Assembly (NCBI GenBank): GCA_013697275.1
Contig: JACCXC010000001.1
Span: 1 to 59,392 of the forward strand
Source: Actinomycetota bacterium
GTDB taxonomy: Bacteria > Actinomycetota > Thermoleophilia > Gaiellales > Gaiellaceae
DNA length: 59,392 nt
Reading direction: 5' to 3'
Below the pieces are notes generated by a model that was given only the letters and a program-made list of their open reading frames with translations, was not told where the DNA came from and searched no databases. A program made the position numbers and the translations under genes. Positions 1 to 9,508 of this stretch are shown one piece after another. Within the stretch, counting starts at the first letter, position 1. Every line of letters begins with the position of its first letter.

Positions 1-386
1 GCGCCGAGCCGCTCGGGCGCTTCGTAGCGAGCGCCGTCGGCGGCGTCGATCCGCGCGTGATGGGGATCGGGCCCGTCCCCGCGGTGCGAAAGCTCCTCGC
101 CCGCGCCGGCCTCGAGGTCGCCGATCTCGACCTGGTCGAGTTGAACGAGGCGTTCGCGTCGCAGTCCCTGACCGTCATCCGGGAGCTGGGACTCGACCCC
201 CAGCGCGTGAACGTGAACGGCGGTGCGATCGCGCTCGGCCACCCGCTCGGAATGAGCGGCGCGCGGCTCGTGGTCACCCTCCTCCACGAGCTGCGCCGCC
301 GCGGCGCCCGCCTCGGGCTGGCCACCCTCTGCGTGGGCGTCGGCCAGGGTCAGGCCGCTCTCTTCACGCGCGGCGATCGGCCCTGA
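1..386 (+). CDS. acetyl-CoA C-acetyltransferase (thiolase), 3' fragment; the 5' end lies outside the window
   Basis: The frame is open to the window edge (..[20 protein letters not shown]..). Thiolase C-terminal signatures [27 protein letters not shown] and CVGVGQG are present. Stop at 384-386. Confidence 0.85.
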   Translation, partial: AEPLGRFVASAVGGVDPRVMGIGPVPAVRKLLARAGLEVADLDLVELNEAFASQSLTVIRELGLDPQRVNVNGGAIALGHPLGMSGARLVVTLLHELRRRGARLGLATLCVGVGQGQAALFTRGDRP

Positions 387-394
387 TCGGACAC

Positions 395-434
395 CTGCGG
401 AGGGGGCCCGGGCCGCGCCCGCATCCCTCCGCAG
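395..434. terminator. GC-rich stem-loop between convergent genes (candidate bidirectional terminator)
   Basis: A 10-bp inverted repeat CTGCGGAGGG / CCCTCCGCAG flanks a loop that itself contains the palindrome GGCCCGGGCC. It lies in the 57-nt gap between the thiolase stop and the PQQ-dehydrogenase stop. There is no clear T-tract. Confidence 0.4.
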
Positions 435-443
435 CCCGCGCCC

Positions 444-1927
444 CTACCGCCTGTAGATCTCGTAGATCTCGCCGTTCGAGAGCGAGACCACGAAGAGGTT
501 GCCGTTCGGCCCGGTCTCGATGTCCGTTCCGACGCCGAAGTTCGTGCCGATGAGCAGGCTCTCGCTCTCGGTCGCCTCGTTCTTGTCCAGGTTGTCGGCG
601 ACCCGGTCCTCGAGCCGGTCGTCTTCGACCTTCACATCCTTCCCGTTCTTTTTCATGTCGAAGTGGAAGAGGTGTCCATTGGCGAGGAGCGTCCGCGCAG
701 CGCCGACGAACATGTCGCCCTCGTACTCCTTCCCGAGTCCGCGCCCGTCGACGAAGCCGACGGCGGCCGGCGCGATCTCATACTTCCAGCTGAACTCGGG
801 ATCGCTGTACTTCGAGCCGGGCAGGTCGAGCATGCGCCTGCGGGCCTCGCGCGGCGAGTCTGCGATGTTCGTGGGCGGCCAGCGGATCTGCTGGAGCCCG
901 AAGTACGCAGGATTCGTCTGCCCGGTCTCGATCGCCTTGAACTGGTCAAGCCGCTCGAGCGGGCCCATCACCTGGATCCAGCCGAGGTTCGCGCCCGGCT
1001 TCACCTGGTTGAGCTCGGTGAACGAGTCGTCACCGTTCTGCTCGTCCCAGAGCGGGCCCTTGGGGTGGAAGGCCAGGCCGAAGCTGTTGCGGATGCCGTA
1101 GGCGAAAACCTTCTGGATGTTCTCGCCCGCCTCGCCGCCGATCTTCCTGCCCGCCCTGACGAGCGGGTTGTCCTTTGGGGTGCTCCCCTCGTCGTTCAGG
1201 CGCAGGATCACACCCGTGAGGTGCGCGTCGTCGGGCTCCGGGCCGCCGAACTGGTCGTCCGGCACCGTCGGCCCGGGGCAGTTGGGCGTCGGACCGCAGG
1301 GCAGGTTCTGCATCCACCCGCGCCGACCCAGGTCGCCGACGACGATGTAGAGCTTCTGGTGCTTCGGCTTCTTGTCGGGCGGGCCGAAGGTGATGACACC
1401 TCCGTCGTGGTTCCCGCGCGGCGGCTGGCCGGCGTCCTGCTGGAGCGCGCGCAGCCTGATGATGTTGCGGTCGAAGGTGAGTCGCGAGCCATCCCAGACG
1501 AAGCGGTCGACCCGGTTTCCGAGGAGCGGGGTGTCCGCGAGGACGGTCGAGTCGGTCCCGCTTAGAGTCTCGTCCAGTACAGGTAGACACCTGGATTCCC
1601 CGGGAACGCCGGATGAAGCGTGATTCCGAGCAGGCCGCGCTCCGAGCCGGAATTGACCGCGAGGTCGAGGACGGTCTCTTGAACCACCCCGCCGACGACA
1701 CGTTGGACTTTCCCGAACGCCTTCTCCAGGACGAGCATGTCGTTAGCCCCGAGGATCGCCAACGAGGTCGGCTGTGAGAGCCCGCTCGCAACCGTCCTGA
1801 CACCAAGGTCGGGGTCGAGAATGACGGGCCCGGCCGTCTGCGCTTGCCCACCTGTCGAGAGCAAGACCGTCGTGGTGAGTGCTGTTGCGAGTGCGGCTCC
1901 GAGCCCTAGCATGCGGCGGGGTTTCAC
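444..1927 (-). pseudogene. PQQ-dependent sugar (glucose/sorbosone-type) dehydrogenase, reading frame broken once near 1565-1575
   Basis: ORF 1562..1927 carries a signal peptide (MKPRRMLGLGAALATALTT..) and reads ..GITLHPAFPGNPGVYLYWT before a stop. ORF 444..1313 is in another frame. That frame is open far upstream of its first Met and reads ETLSGTDSTVLADTPLLGNRVDRFVWDGSRLTFDRN..NHDGGVITFGP..KLYIVVGDLGRRGWMQN. A single -1 shift would give one continuous dehydrogenase. Confidence 0.6.
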
Positions 1928-2039
1928 GGCGACCTCCTGGTCGTTTCGACGCCTCCGTGAATCAACTACCTCCGGACGGCCAAGACGGATTCCTCACGGC
2001 GGGCCGGCCGGGACGTGACGAGGTATCGTCCTCGCTCCC

Positions 2040-3512
2040 ATGAGCGTGGCGACCGAGCGGGAGTACGGCCTCTTCATCGGCGGCGAGCTTGTCGAGCCGG
2101 CCTCCGGAGAGATGCGCGCCCTGACGGAGCCCGCGACGGGTGCGCCGCTGGCCCGCACGGCGATGGCTGGCAAGGAAGACATCGACCGCGCGGTGACCGC
2201 TGCGGCCGACGCGCTCGCCGGCCCGTGGGGGAAGACGCCCGCAACCGAGCGCTCGCGACTCCTACACGCCCTAGCCGACGCCATCCATGCGAACCGGAAG
2301 GAGCTCTCGGAGCTCGAGACCCGGAACGTCGGCAAGGCGATCTCGCACGCCAAGGGCGAGGTCGCGACGGCGGTCGAGAACTTTCGCTTCTTCGCGTCGA
2401 CCGTCGCGACGATCGCCGGCCGCTCCCATCCGGTCGGCGGCTCCCTGCTCTTCTACTCGCTGAAGGAGCCGGTCGGGGTCTGCGCGCAGATCGTCCCGTG
2501 GAACTACCCGATCATGATGGCCGCGTGGAAGCTCTCGCCTGCGCTCGCGGCCGGCTGCACAGTCGTCCTCAAGCCGGATCCCGCGACGCCACTGACTGCC
2601 CTGCGCCTCGGCGAGCTCGCGACGGAAGTCGGGATTCCGCCCGGAGTCGTCAACATCGTCCCGGGCGACGGGCCCACGACCGGCGCCTACCTCGTCTCGC
2701 ACCCGGGCGTGGACAAGGTCTCCTTCACAGGCTCGACGAAGTCCGGCAGCGAAGTGATGAAGCTTGCCTCGGAGCCGGTCAAGCGGATCTCGCTCGAGCT
2801 CGGTGGCAAGAGCCCGAGCATCGTCTTCGCCGACGCGAACCTCGACGACGCCGTCCCGAGCTCGGTCTACGCGATCTACTACTCCGCCGGCCAGAGCTGC
2901 GACGCGCGTTCGCGGGTGCTCGTCGACGAATCGGTCTACGACGACTTCGTCTCGCGCTTCGCGGAGACCGCCGGGCGGCTGACCGTGGGCGACCCGCTGG
3001 CGCCGGAGACCCAGATGGGCTCGCTCATCTCGCAGGCGCACCGCGAGAAGGTGCACGGTTTCGTCGAGCAGGGCCGCGAAGAGGGAGCCGAGGTCGTGGT
3101 AGGCGGCGAGCCGGCCGGTGGGGACGGCGCGTTCTACCCGCCCACGGTGCTGGCCAAGGTCGAGAATCGGATGGTCGTCGCGCAGGAGGAGATCTTCGGG
3201 CCGGTCGTGACGGTCATCCCGTTCGCCGACGAGAAGGAGGCGATCCGGATCGCCAACGACTCGAAGTACGGCCTCGTTGCGACGGTCTGGACGCGCGATC
3301 CGGCCCGCGGACACCGTCTCGCCCGCGCGATCAAGTCCGGGACGGTCGGGATCAACACGCCGTACACGGCATTCCCGGGCATCCCGTTCGGCGGCTACAA
3401 GCAGTCGGGCTTCGGGCGCGAGACCGCGCTCGAGACGCTGGACATGTACCTGGAGCCCAAAGGCGTCCTGGTGCACACGGGCGCGAAGCCCGTCAACCCG
3501 CTCGGCCTGTAG
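2040..3512 (+). CDS. NAD(P)-dependent aldehyde dehydrogenase
   Basis: 490 aa. ALDH motifs are present: VPWNYP, FTGSTKSG, catalytic Glu in LELGGKSP and catalytic Cys in AGQSCDA. Confidence 0.9.
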   Translation: MSVATEREYGLFIGGELVEPASGEMRALTEPATGAPLARTAMAGKEDIDRAVTAAADALAGPWGKTPATERSRLLHALADAIHANRKELSELETRNVGKAISHAKGEVATAVENFRFFASTVATIAGRSHPVGGSLLFYSLKEPVGVCAQIVPWNYPIMMAAWKLSPALAAGCTVVLKPDPATPLTALRLGELATEVGIPPGVVNIVPGDGPTTGAYLVSHPGVDKVSFTGSTKSGSEVMKLASEPVKRISLELGGKSPSIVFADANLDDAVPSSVYAIYYSAGQSCDARSRVLVDESVYDDFVSRFAETAGRLTVGDPLAPETQMGSLISQAHREKVHGFVEQGREEGAEVVVGGEPAGGDGAFYPPTVLAKVENRMVVAQEEIFGPVVTVIPFADEKEAIRIANDSKYGLVATVWTRDPARGHRLARAIKSGTVGINTPYTAFPGIPFGGYKQSGFGRETALETLDMYLEPKGVLVHTGAKPVNPLGL

Positions 3513-3519
3513 CAGGCGC

Positions 3520-5013
3520 TTAGATCCAGCTGAACTCCTGCTGCAGGAGCGGAAGCAGGAAGTACAGGACGAATGCGCCCGCGGCTCCGTACATGAGCGG
3601 ATGCACCCGGCCTGCCTGCCTCTGGAAGATCCGGATCACGACGAAGAAGATGAAGCCGGCCGCGATTCCGTCCGTGATCGAGAAGCTGAAGGGCATGAGC
3701 ATGATCGTGATCGCGGCCGCAAATCCGACGCCGAGCTCGTGGAAGTTGATTCCCGAGAGGGCACGCCGCTCGCGGCCCTCTCGCGGCCGGACGCCGCCCT
3801 CGAGCTCCTCCTCCTCGGCCTCCTCCTCGAACTCGGTCAGGACGCTGATCATCAGCCAGCCGACGATGATGAGCGCTGGGGCGACGGCCTGCGGCGGCAC
3901 CATCCCGATGAGCGGCGCGATGAACATGAACGGGAAGAAAAGTGCGCCCGTCACGACGCTCACCCATCCTGTTCGCCCGCCGACCGCGACTCCCGCGCCG
4001 GACTCGATGTAGGTCGTCGCCGAAGAGGCGGAGGCAGCCCCGCCTGCGGCAGCGGCGAGCGAGTCGACGAGGAGCGGCTTGCGAATCTCGGGGAGCTCTC
4101 CCCGCTCGTCGAGGTAGCCCGCTTGGCGGCCGACGCCCACGAGCGTTCCCATCGTGTCGAAGAAGTCGGCAAGGAAGAGTGAGAACGCAAACGCAAGCGC
4201 TGTGACGAACGGGATCGTCGTGAACGCGTCGAAGCTGATCTCGCCGACGAGACTGAAGTCGGGAGCCTGCACGAGGTCGTCCGGCCAGCGCGCGTAGCCT
4301 GGTTGCTCCGGATACACGTCGGTGGCGTAGTTGATAACGGTCGCGAGCGCAGTCGTCAGCACGATCCCGAGTAACAGGTCGCCTCGGAACCCGATCGCTC
4401 GCAGGGCGAGCGTCAAGACGAGGCCGAAGATCGTGATCACGACTGGCCAGGTCGTGATCGGCGCAAGGTCGACGATAGTTCCCTCACCGCGGACGACGAG
4501 GCCCGAGTTGACGAACCCGATGAACGCGATGAAGAGGCCGATGCCAACAGCGATCGCCTTCTTCAGCTCGAGCGGAATCGCGCGCATGACGTTCTCGCGG
4601 AGGCCGATCAGGACGAGCGCCGTGATGGCGAGCCCCTCGACGACGACGAGCCCCATCGCCTCGGGAAACCCAAGCCCGCCGTTCGCGACGAGCTGAAAGG
4701 CGACGACCGCGTTCAGGCCGAGTCCCGGGGCAATCGCGTAGGCCCGGTTCGTATACAGGCCCATGAGGATCGTCATGACCCCCGCGACGAGACAGGTCGA
4801 CGTGAGGACCGCGTCGAAGGGCAACCCGGCCTCCTCGAGGCCGGGGATCCCTGCGAACCCGAGGATCGCTGGGTTCACGAAGATGATGTAGGACATCACG
4901 ATGAAGGTCGTGAGCCCTGCGATCGTGTCGCGGCGGAGAGTCGTCCGGTTCTCGTCGAACCGGAACCGCCGGTCGAGGAAGGAGCGCTGGTGGGTGGCCG
5001 CGACCTCGCTCAT
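3520..5013 (-). CDS. NCS2/AzgA-family purine (adenine/guanine/hypoxanthine) permease
   Basis: 497 aa, polytopic. The N-terminus FLDRRFRFDENRTTLRRDTIAGLTTFIVMSYIIFVNPAILG is typical of AzgA/PbuG-type permeases. SD AAAGGAG lies 7 nt upstream of the ATG. An acidic insert (EFEEEAEEEELEGG) is present. Confidence 0.85.
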   Translation of the reverse strand: MSEVAATHQRSFLDRRFRFDENRTTLRRDTIAGLTTFIVMSYIIFVNPAILGFAGIPGLEEAGLPFDAVLTSTCLVAGVMTILMGLYTNRAYAIAPGLGLNAVVAFQLVANGGLGFPEAMGLVVVEGLAITALVLIGLRENVMRAIPLELKKAIAVGIGLFIAFIGFVNSGLVVRGEGTIVDLAPITTWPVVITIFGLVLTLALRAIGFRGDLLLGIVLTTALATVINYATDVYPEQPGYARWPDDLVQAPDFSLVGEISFDAFTTIPFVTALAFAFSLFLADFFDTMGTLVGVGRQAGYLDERGELPEIRKPLLVDSLAAAAGGAASASSATTYIESGAGVAVGGRTGWVSVVTGALFFPFMFIAPLIGMVPPQAVAPALIIVGWLMISVLTEFEEEAEEEELEGGVRPREGRERRALSGINFHELGVGFAAAITIMLMPFSFSITDGIAAGFIFFVVIRIFQRQAGRVHPLMYGAAGAFVLYFLLPLLQQEFSWI

Positions 5014-5055
5014 CGTGACGCTCCTTTCGCCTGACCCCGAGTTCCGGACGGCGCG

Positions 5056-6132
5056 ATGCTAACGCCGGTGGCGGCGAGCGCAAAACGCATCTTCGAGCGG
5101 CTCGACACGCTCTATGCGATCGGAGGAGGCGAGGGCGCGAACCGACCGGGCTTCAGCCCCGAGGAGCAGCAGGCGCACGACCTCGCCTCCACCTGGATGC
5201 GGGAGGCCGGGCTCGAGGTCGAAGTCGACGCGACCGGCAACCTCCTCGGCCGGCTGCGCGGCTCGCGGGCCGAGCTGCCCGAGGTCTGGACCGGCTCGCA
5301 CCTCGACTCGGTGCTGCGCGGCGGTCGGTTCGACGGGGCGCTAGGCGTTGTGGCGGGCCTCGAGGCCGTCGAGCGGGCTGCGGCGTCGGGTGCGCGCGAG
5401 CGGACGCTCGGCGTCGTCGCCTTCAGGGCCGAGGAGACGGGCTGCCACGGAAGCCGCGCCCTCTGCCAGACCGGCCTGCTCCCCGGTACGTTCCTCGAAG
5501 TGCACGTGGAGCAGGGCCCGCGGCTCGCCGATGCGGGCGCGCCGCTCGGCGTCGTCACGAGCATTGCCGGGATCGCGCGTGCCGAGCTCGTGTTCGAAGG
5601 TCGCGCGGGGCACGCGGGAACGACGCCCATGGCGGGTCGTGAGGATGCGCTTGCAGCGGCCGCCGCGTTCATCCTGCGCGTCCGCGAGGCGGCCGGGCAG
5701 ATCGACGGAGCTGTTGCGACCGTCGGGCGCTTGGAGTTGGAAGCAGGCGCGGAGAACGTAATCCCCGCACACGTGCGCCTGACCGTCGACGCGCGCGCGC
5801 CTGACCTGGAGCGCTTCGAGGCGCTCGTCGCCGCGCTCGAGCTCGAGCCGCACTACCGATTCGAGCCGGTCGCTCTCGCGGAGACTCCGCGCCTGGTCCT
5901 CCGCGAAGAGATCGACGCGCTCGGTCTCCCAGTGATCGAACTGGCCTCCGGCGCGGGCCACGACGCCGGCGTCCTGGCCGCCTCGGGCGTCGATTCGGCG
6001 ATGCTCTTCGTTCGGAGCCTCGCGGGCGGCGTCAGCCATTCGCCCGCGGAAGACTCGAGCGAGGAGGACGTCGGGCTCGCGGTCGAGGTGCTGACCAGGA
6101 CGCTTGCGCGCCTGGCCGCTACGCCTCGTTGA
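5056..6132 (+). CDS. M20-family Zn hydrolase, allantoate amidohydrolase / N-carbamoyl-amino-acid amidohydrolase type
   Basis: 358 aa. AllC-like motifs are present: ..GGGANRPGFSPEE.., TGSHLDSVLRGGRFDGALGVVAGLEAV, GRAGHAGTTPM and SGAGHDA. The purine-catabolism context supports the call. The ORF is somewhat short for the family. Confidence 0.7.
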   Translation: MLTPVAASAKRIFERLDTLYAIGGGEGANRPGFSPEEQQAHDLASTWMREAGLEVEVDATGNLLGRLRGSRAELPEVWTGSHLDSVLRGGRFDGALGVVAGLEAVERAAASGARERTLGVVAFRAEETGCHGSRALCQTGLLPGTFLEVHVEQGPRLADAGAPLGVVTSIAGIARAELVFEGRAGHAGTTPMAGREDALAAAAAFILRVREAAGQIDGAVATVGRLELEAGAENVIPAHVRLTVDARAPDLERFEALVAALELEPHYRFEPVALAETPRLVLREEIDALGLPVIELASGAGHDAGVLAASGVDSAMLFVRSLAGGVSHSPAEDSSEEDVGLAVEVLTRTLARLAATPR

Positions 6133-6526
6133 GCCGGATGTCCTGCGCTCCTTCGTAGAGGACAAGGCGCCCGAGCTCGGCCAGGTTCTCGTTGCCCTCC
6201 ACGATCGTCGCGAAGTGGTTTCCCGCGAGCTGGCCCATCTTCGACGCGAAGCAGGTCGCGCCGTAGGGGAAGAGGATCTCCGTTTCGGACAGGCCGCCCG
6301 GGTAGAGAAGGAGCTCACCCGCCGCGGGGTAGGAATTCGCGTTCTCCGGCCCGATGCCCACGTCGAGGTCGCCGAAGGGGATCCAGGCCGACTCGCCGCT
6401 CCAGCGCGCCTGCACGAGCCGGTCTTCGAGGGGCAGCATCCGCCGAAGTGCGGCAACGGTCTGCGGCGCCTTCTCTTCCTCGAGACGGGCGCGGAACTGG
6501 AAGCGGCCTGCTGAGATCTCCAGCAC
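6119..6526 (-). CDS. DUF3830-like (cyclophilin-like fold) protein
   Basis: 135 aa. The pattern FRARLEEEKAPQTVAAL..ARWSGESAWIPFGDL..GELLLYPGG resembles DUF3830 proteins that I recall co-occurring with ureide/purine genes. The 3' end overlaps the convergent gene by 14 nt. Confidence 0.55.
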   Translation of the reverse strand: MLEISAGRFQFRARLEEEKAPQTVAALRRMLPLEDRLVQARWSGESAWIPFGDLDVGIGPENANSYPAAGELLLYPGGLSETEILFPYGATCFASKMGQLAGNHFATIVEGNENLAELGRLVLYEGAQDIRLNEA

Positions 6527-6572
6527 GCCGCGAGCCTACCGCCCTGAACGAGTTCTAAGCTCCGTCGAACGC

Positions 6573-7475
6573 GTGGACTCGTACCTGAACGACTGGCTCA
6601 ATCTCCTCGTCCGCTGGCTCCACGTCGTGGCCGCGATCGCCTGGATCGGCGCTTCCTTCTATTTCATCCAGCTCGACTTGAAGCTTCGGCCGCCGCGGCG
6701 CACCGAGGACGAGGAGCGCGGGATCGCCGGGGATTACTGGGGCGTTCACGGCGGCGGCTTCTACCACTCGGAGAAGTACCGCGTCGCGCCGGCGACCCTT
6801 CCCGAGCCGCTCCACTGGTTCAAGTGGGAGGCCTATGCAACGTGGCTCTCCGGCTTCGCCCTCTTCGTCGTCCTCTACTACGCGCATCCCGAGACGTACC
6901 TGATCGACCCACGCGTGGCGGACATCGGCAAGTGGGTGGCGATCGGGCTGAGCATCGCTCTGCTCGCGGCGGCCTGGCTCGTGTACGACCTGCTCTGCCG
7001 CGTCCTCGGACGCGATGACCGTGCGCTCGGCGTCGCGCTCGCCCTCGTCGTCGCAGGGGCCGCCTACGGCGTGACGCAGGTCTTCAGCGCCCGGGCGGCG
7101 TTCGTCCAGGTGGGCGCGATGCTCGGGACGATGATGGCCGGGAACGTCCTCTTCAACATCATCCCGGCGCATCGTGAGCTCATCAGCGCCAAGCAGGCCG
7201 GCCGCGACCCCGACCCGACGCAGGGCATTCGCGCCAAGCAGCGCTCCGTCCACAACAACTACCTGACTCTCCCGGTCGTCTTCGCGATGATCTCCAACCA
7301 CCTCCCGCTCGTGTACGGGCGGGATCGGGCGTGGCTCGTGCTTGTCGCTTTCATGGCGATCGGCGCGTGGGTGCGTCACTTCTTCAACCTGCGCCACATC
7401 GGCCGAAGCGAGTGGGGGATTCTCGTGACGGCCGCGCTCGCGCTCGGACTACTGGCCTTCGCGCTCAGGCCGTAG
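6573..7475 (+). CDS. puuD: PuuD-like membrane urate hydroxylase (Urate_ox_N domain only)
   Basis: The ORF frame is open from 6354, but the portion upstream of 6527 overlaps the divergent gene. I chose GTG 6573 as the start (VDSYLNDWLNLLVRWLHVVAAIAWIGASFYFIQLD..). The protein is a multi-TM protein. No CxxCH motif appears anywhere in the ORF. Confidence 0.6.
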   Translation: MDSYLNDWLNLLVRWLHVVAAIAWIGASFYFIQLDLKLRPPRRTEDEERGIAGDYWGVHGGGFYHSEKYRVAPATLPEPLHWFKWEAYATWLSGFALFVVLYYAHPETYLIDPRVADIGKWVAIGLSIALLAAAWLVYDLLCRVLGRDDRALGVALALVVAGAAYGVTQVFSARAAFVQVGAMLGTMMAGNVLFNIIPAHRELISAKQAGRDPDPTQGIRAKQRSVHNNYLTLPVVFAMISNHLPLVYGRDRAWLVLVAFMAIGAWVRHFFNLRHIGRSEWGILVTAALALGLLAFALRP

Positions 7476-7911
7476 CGCCGCTCTCCCAGCGATCCCGGGC
7501 GATCGCGACGAGCTCGTCGAGCGCTGTCTCGAGCTCCTTCTCGCGTGTGCGCGCGAGCCGCTCTTCTAGGACTGTGACGATCTCCGCCTTCGGCCTGCGG
7601 TTCACGAAGACGAGGAAGCGAAAGCCGAACTTCTCCTCGTAGACCTCGTTCAGGTAGGCGAGGGTCGTGCGGAGAGCGGGGTCGTCGTCCGTCCCCTGCT
7701 CGAGCGCCGAGTGGCCGGCGAGCCGCCGCGCGCCGATCGGCGGATGGGCGTTCAGCGCCTCGATCTGCTCCTCCTCGGGCGCCTCGCCGAGCACATCACG
7801 GGCGGCGCCGAGCGGGTCTTCGTGACCCTCTAGCCGCTGGACGACGCGCGTCCGGCCGCCGAAGAGCTCGGCGAGCTCGTCAGCGCTCAGCTGCCGCGGT
7901 AGCTCGCGCAT
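7465..7911 (-). CDS. uraD: 2-oxo-4-hydroxy-4-carboxy-5-ureidoimidazoline (OHCU) decarboxylase
   Basis: 148 aa from MRELPRQLSADELAELFGG.. Family motifs are LNAHPPIG, EQG and YEEKFGFRFLVFVNRRPK. The longer ORF in the track (to 8325) is an Arg/Pro-rich extension running through uraH. Confidence 0.85.
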   Translation of the reverse strand: MRELPRQLSADELAELFGGRTRVVQRLEGHEDPLGAARDVLGEAPEEEQIEALNAHPPIGARRLAGHSALEQGTDDDPALRTTLAYLNEVYEEKFGFRFLVFVNRRPKAEIVTVLEERLARTREKELETALDELVAIARDRWESGATA

Positions 7912-8180
7912 CCGTATGGGGAAACGAGGAGCGGGACGTGGTAGTGGCCTTCCTCCAGCGCAATCTCGAGCTCGACCCGGCGAAAGAACGGGGACGGCGG
8001 GTGAAAGATGATCGTGTACTCCCCCGGTCGTAGCTCGCGGGCGAGCGCAGCGATGCGTCCGTCCTCGTCGGTGGAGCCGGCTGCGACCACGTTGCCGTGT
8101 CGGCGGAGCTCTACCCGCACGCCGCGGGCCGGCTCTCCGCGGCCGGTGTCGAGGACGTGGGTGGAGAGCGAGGCGCTCAT
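7887..8180 (-). CDS. uraH: 5-hydroxyisourate hydrolase (transthyretin-like)
   Basis: 97 aa. It begins STHVLDTGRGEPA and ends in the family signature YRGS. Its start overlaps the upstream stop in an ATGA, and its 3' end overlaps uraD by 25 nt. Confidence 0.9.
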   Translation of the reverse strand: MSASLSTHVLDTGRGEPARGVRVELRRHGNVVAAGSTDEDGRIAALARELRPGEYTIIFHPPSPFFRRVELEIALEEGHYHVPLLVSPYGCASYRGS

Positions 8181-9508
8181 GCGGCGAATCTTTGCGCCTG
8201 GACGCGGTGCTCGCGGGCGATCTCCTCCTCGTCAGCGCGGACGAGCCGGCGGTCGCGCACCGCCTCCTCTCCGCCGACGTACAGCCGCTCGACCCGCTGT
8301 GGCCCGCCAAAGACGAGCCCGGCAACGAGATCCTCGGCCCCGCCCAGCTCGAGCCCGCCCGTCGCCCAGACGGCGAAGTCGGCGCACTTTCCAGCTTCGA
8401 GCGACCCGATGTCGGCGCGCCCGAGCACCTTCGCGCCTCCGCGTGTCCCCAGCCGGAGCGCGTCGCGGGCCGTGAGCGCTGCGGGTCCGCCGCGACCTCG
8501 CGCGACGAGGAGCGCTTGCTTCACCTCCAGGAAGAGGTCGCCGCGCTCGTTCGAGGCCGAGCCGTCGACACCCAGCCCGACCGCGACGCCGGCATCGAGG
8601 AGCGCCCGCACGGGGGCGACGCCCGCCCCGAGACGGAGGTTGGACGTCGGGCAGTGCGCGACGCCGGTCCCGCTCCGTGCGAACGCGCCGATGTCCTCGG
8701 GTGAGAGGTGAACGCAGTGCGCACACCAGACGTCACCGTCCAGCCAGCCGACCTGCTCGAGGTACTCGACCGGACGGCAGCCGAAGATGCCCTTGCAGTA
8801 CTCCTCCTCCTCGATCGTCTCGGCCAGGTGGGTGTGGAGCCGTAGGCCGAGGCGGCGCGCGAGCTCGGCCGACTCGACCATCAGGCGCTTGGTCACGGAG
8901 AAGGGCGAGCAGGGAGCGACGGCGATCTGCGTCCACGCGCCCGCGTCCGGCTCGTGCAGCGCGGCCAGCCGCGCCGTGTCCGCTAGGGCCGCGTCCGCGT
9001 CCTCGACGAGCGCGTCGGGCGGAAGCCCCCCGTCGGACTCGCCCAGGTCCATCGACCCGCGCGACGCCACGATCCGCACGCCGAGCTCGCGCGCCGCCTG
9101 GATCTCCGCCTCGACGAGCCCCGAGCGGCCGCGCGGGAAGACGTAGTGATGGTCGAAGACCGTCGTGCAGCCCGAGAGCGCAAGCTCGGCCAGGCCGGTG
9201 CGCGCCGCCGCGTACTCGGACTCGGCATCGACCTCGCCCCAGATCGGGTAGAGCGTCTTCAGCCAAGTGAAGAGGTCGGCTTCCTGCGCACGGGCGCGCG
9301 TGAGGGTCTGGTAGAGGTGGTGGTGAGTGTTCACGAGGCCCGGTGTGACGAGCGCGCCGCCGAGGTCCACGGTCTCGTCTGCCCCCGGCGGCGCCCCGGC
9401 TCCGACGTTCTCGACGAACCCGTCGCCGACGAGGAGCCAGCCGTCGCGGTGCTCGGTCCCGGCGTCGTCCATCGTGCAGATCCAGGCGTTCCGATAGAGC
9501 GTCGTCAC
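8177..9508 (-). CDS. amidohydrolase of the guanine / 8-oxoguanine deaminase (SsnA/AtzB-like) clade
   Basis: 443 aa from GTG 9508 (VTTLYRNAWICTMDD..). Metal-binding motifs are GLVNTHHHLYQT, HTHLAET, HCVHL and GVDGSASN. The GTG overlaps the TGA of the upstream ade gene (GTGA). Confidence 0.8.
   Translation of the reverse strand: MTTLYRNAWICTMDDAGTEHRDGWLLVGDGFVENVGAGAPPGADETVDLGGALVTPGLVNTHHHLYQTLTRARAQEADLFTWLKTLYPIWGEVDAESEYAAARTGLAELALSGCTTVFDHHYVFPRGRSGLVEAEIQAARELGVRIVASRGSMDLGESDGGLPPDALVEDADAALADTARLAALHEPDAGAWTQIAVAPCSPFSVTKRLMVESAELARRLGLRLHTHLAETIEEEEYCKGIFGCRPVEYLEQVGWLDGDVWCAHCVHLSPEDIGAFARSGTGVAHCPTSNLRLGAGVAPVRALLDAGVAVGLGVDGSASNERGDLFLEVKQALLVARGRGGPAALTARDALRLGTRGGAKVLGRADIGSLEAGKCADFAVWATGGLELGGAEDLVAGLVFGGPQRVERLYVGGEEAVRDRRLVRADEEEIAREHRVQAQRFAA

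Noticed and set aside
1555-1585. Programmed -1 ribosomal frameshifting as the explanation for the split PQQ dehydrogenase.
   Set aside because: There is no slippery heptamer at the junction and no obvious downstream pseudoknot or hairpin at the right spacing. A mutation or sequencing error is the simpler explanation.
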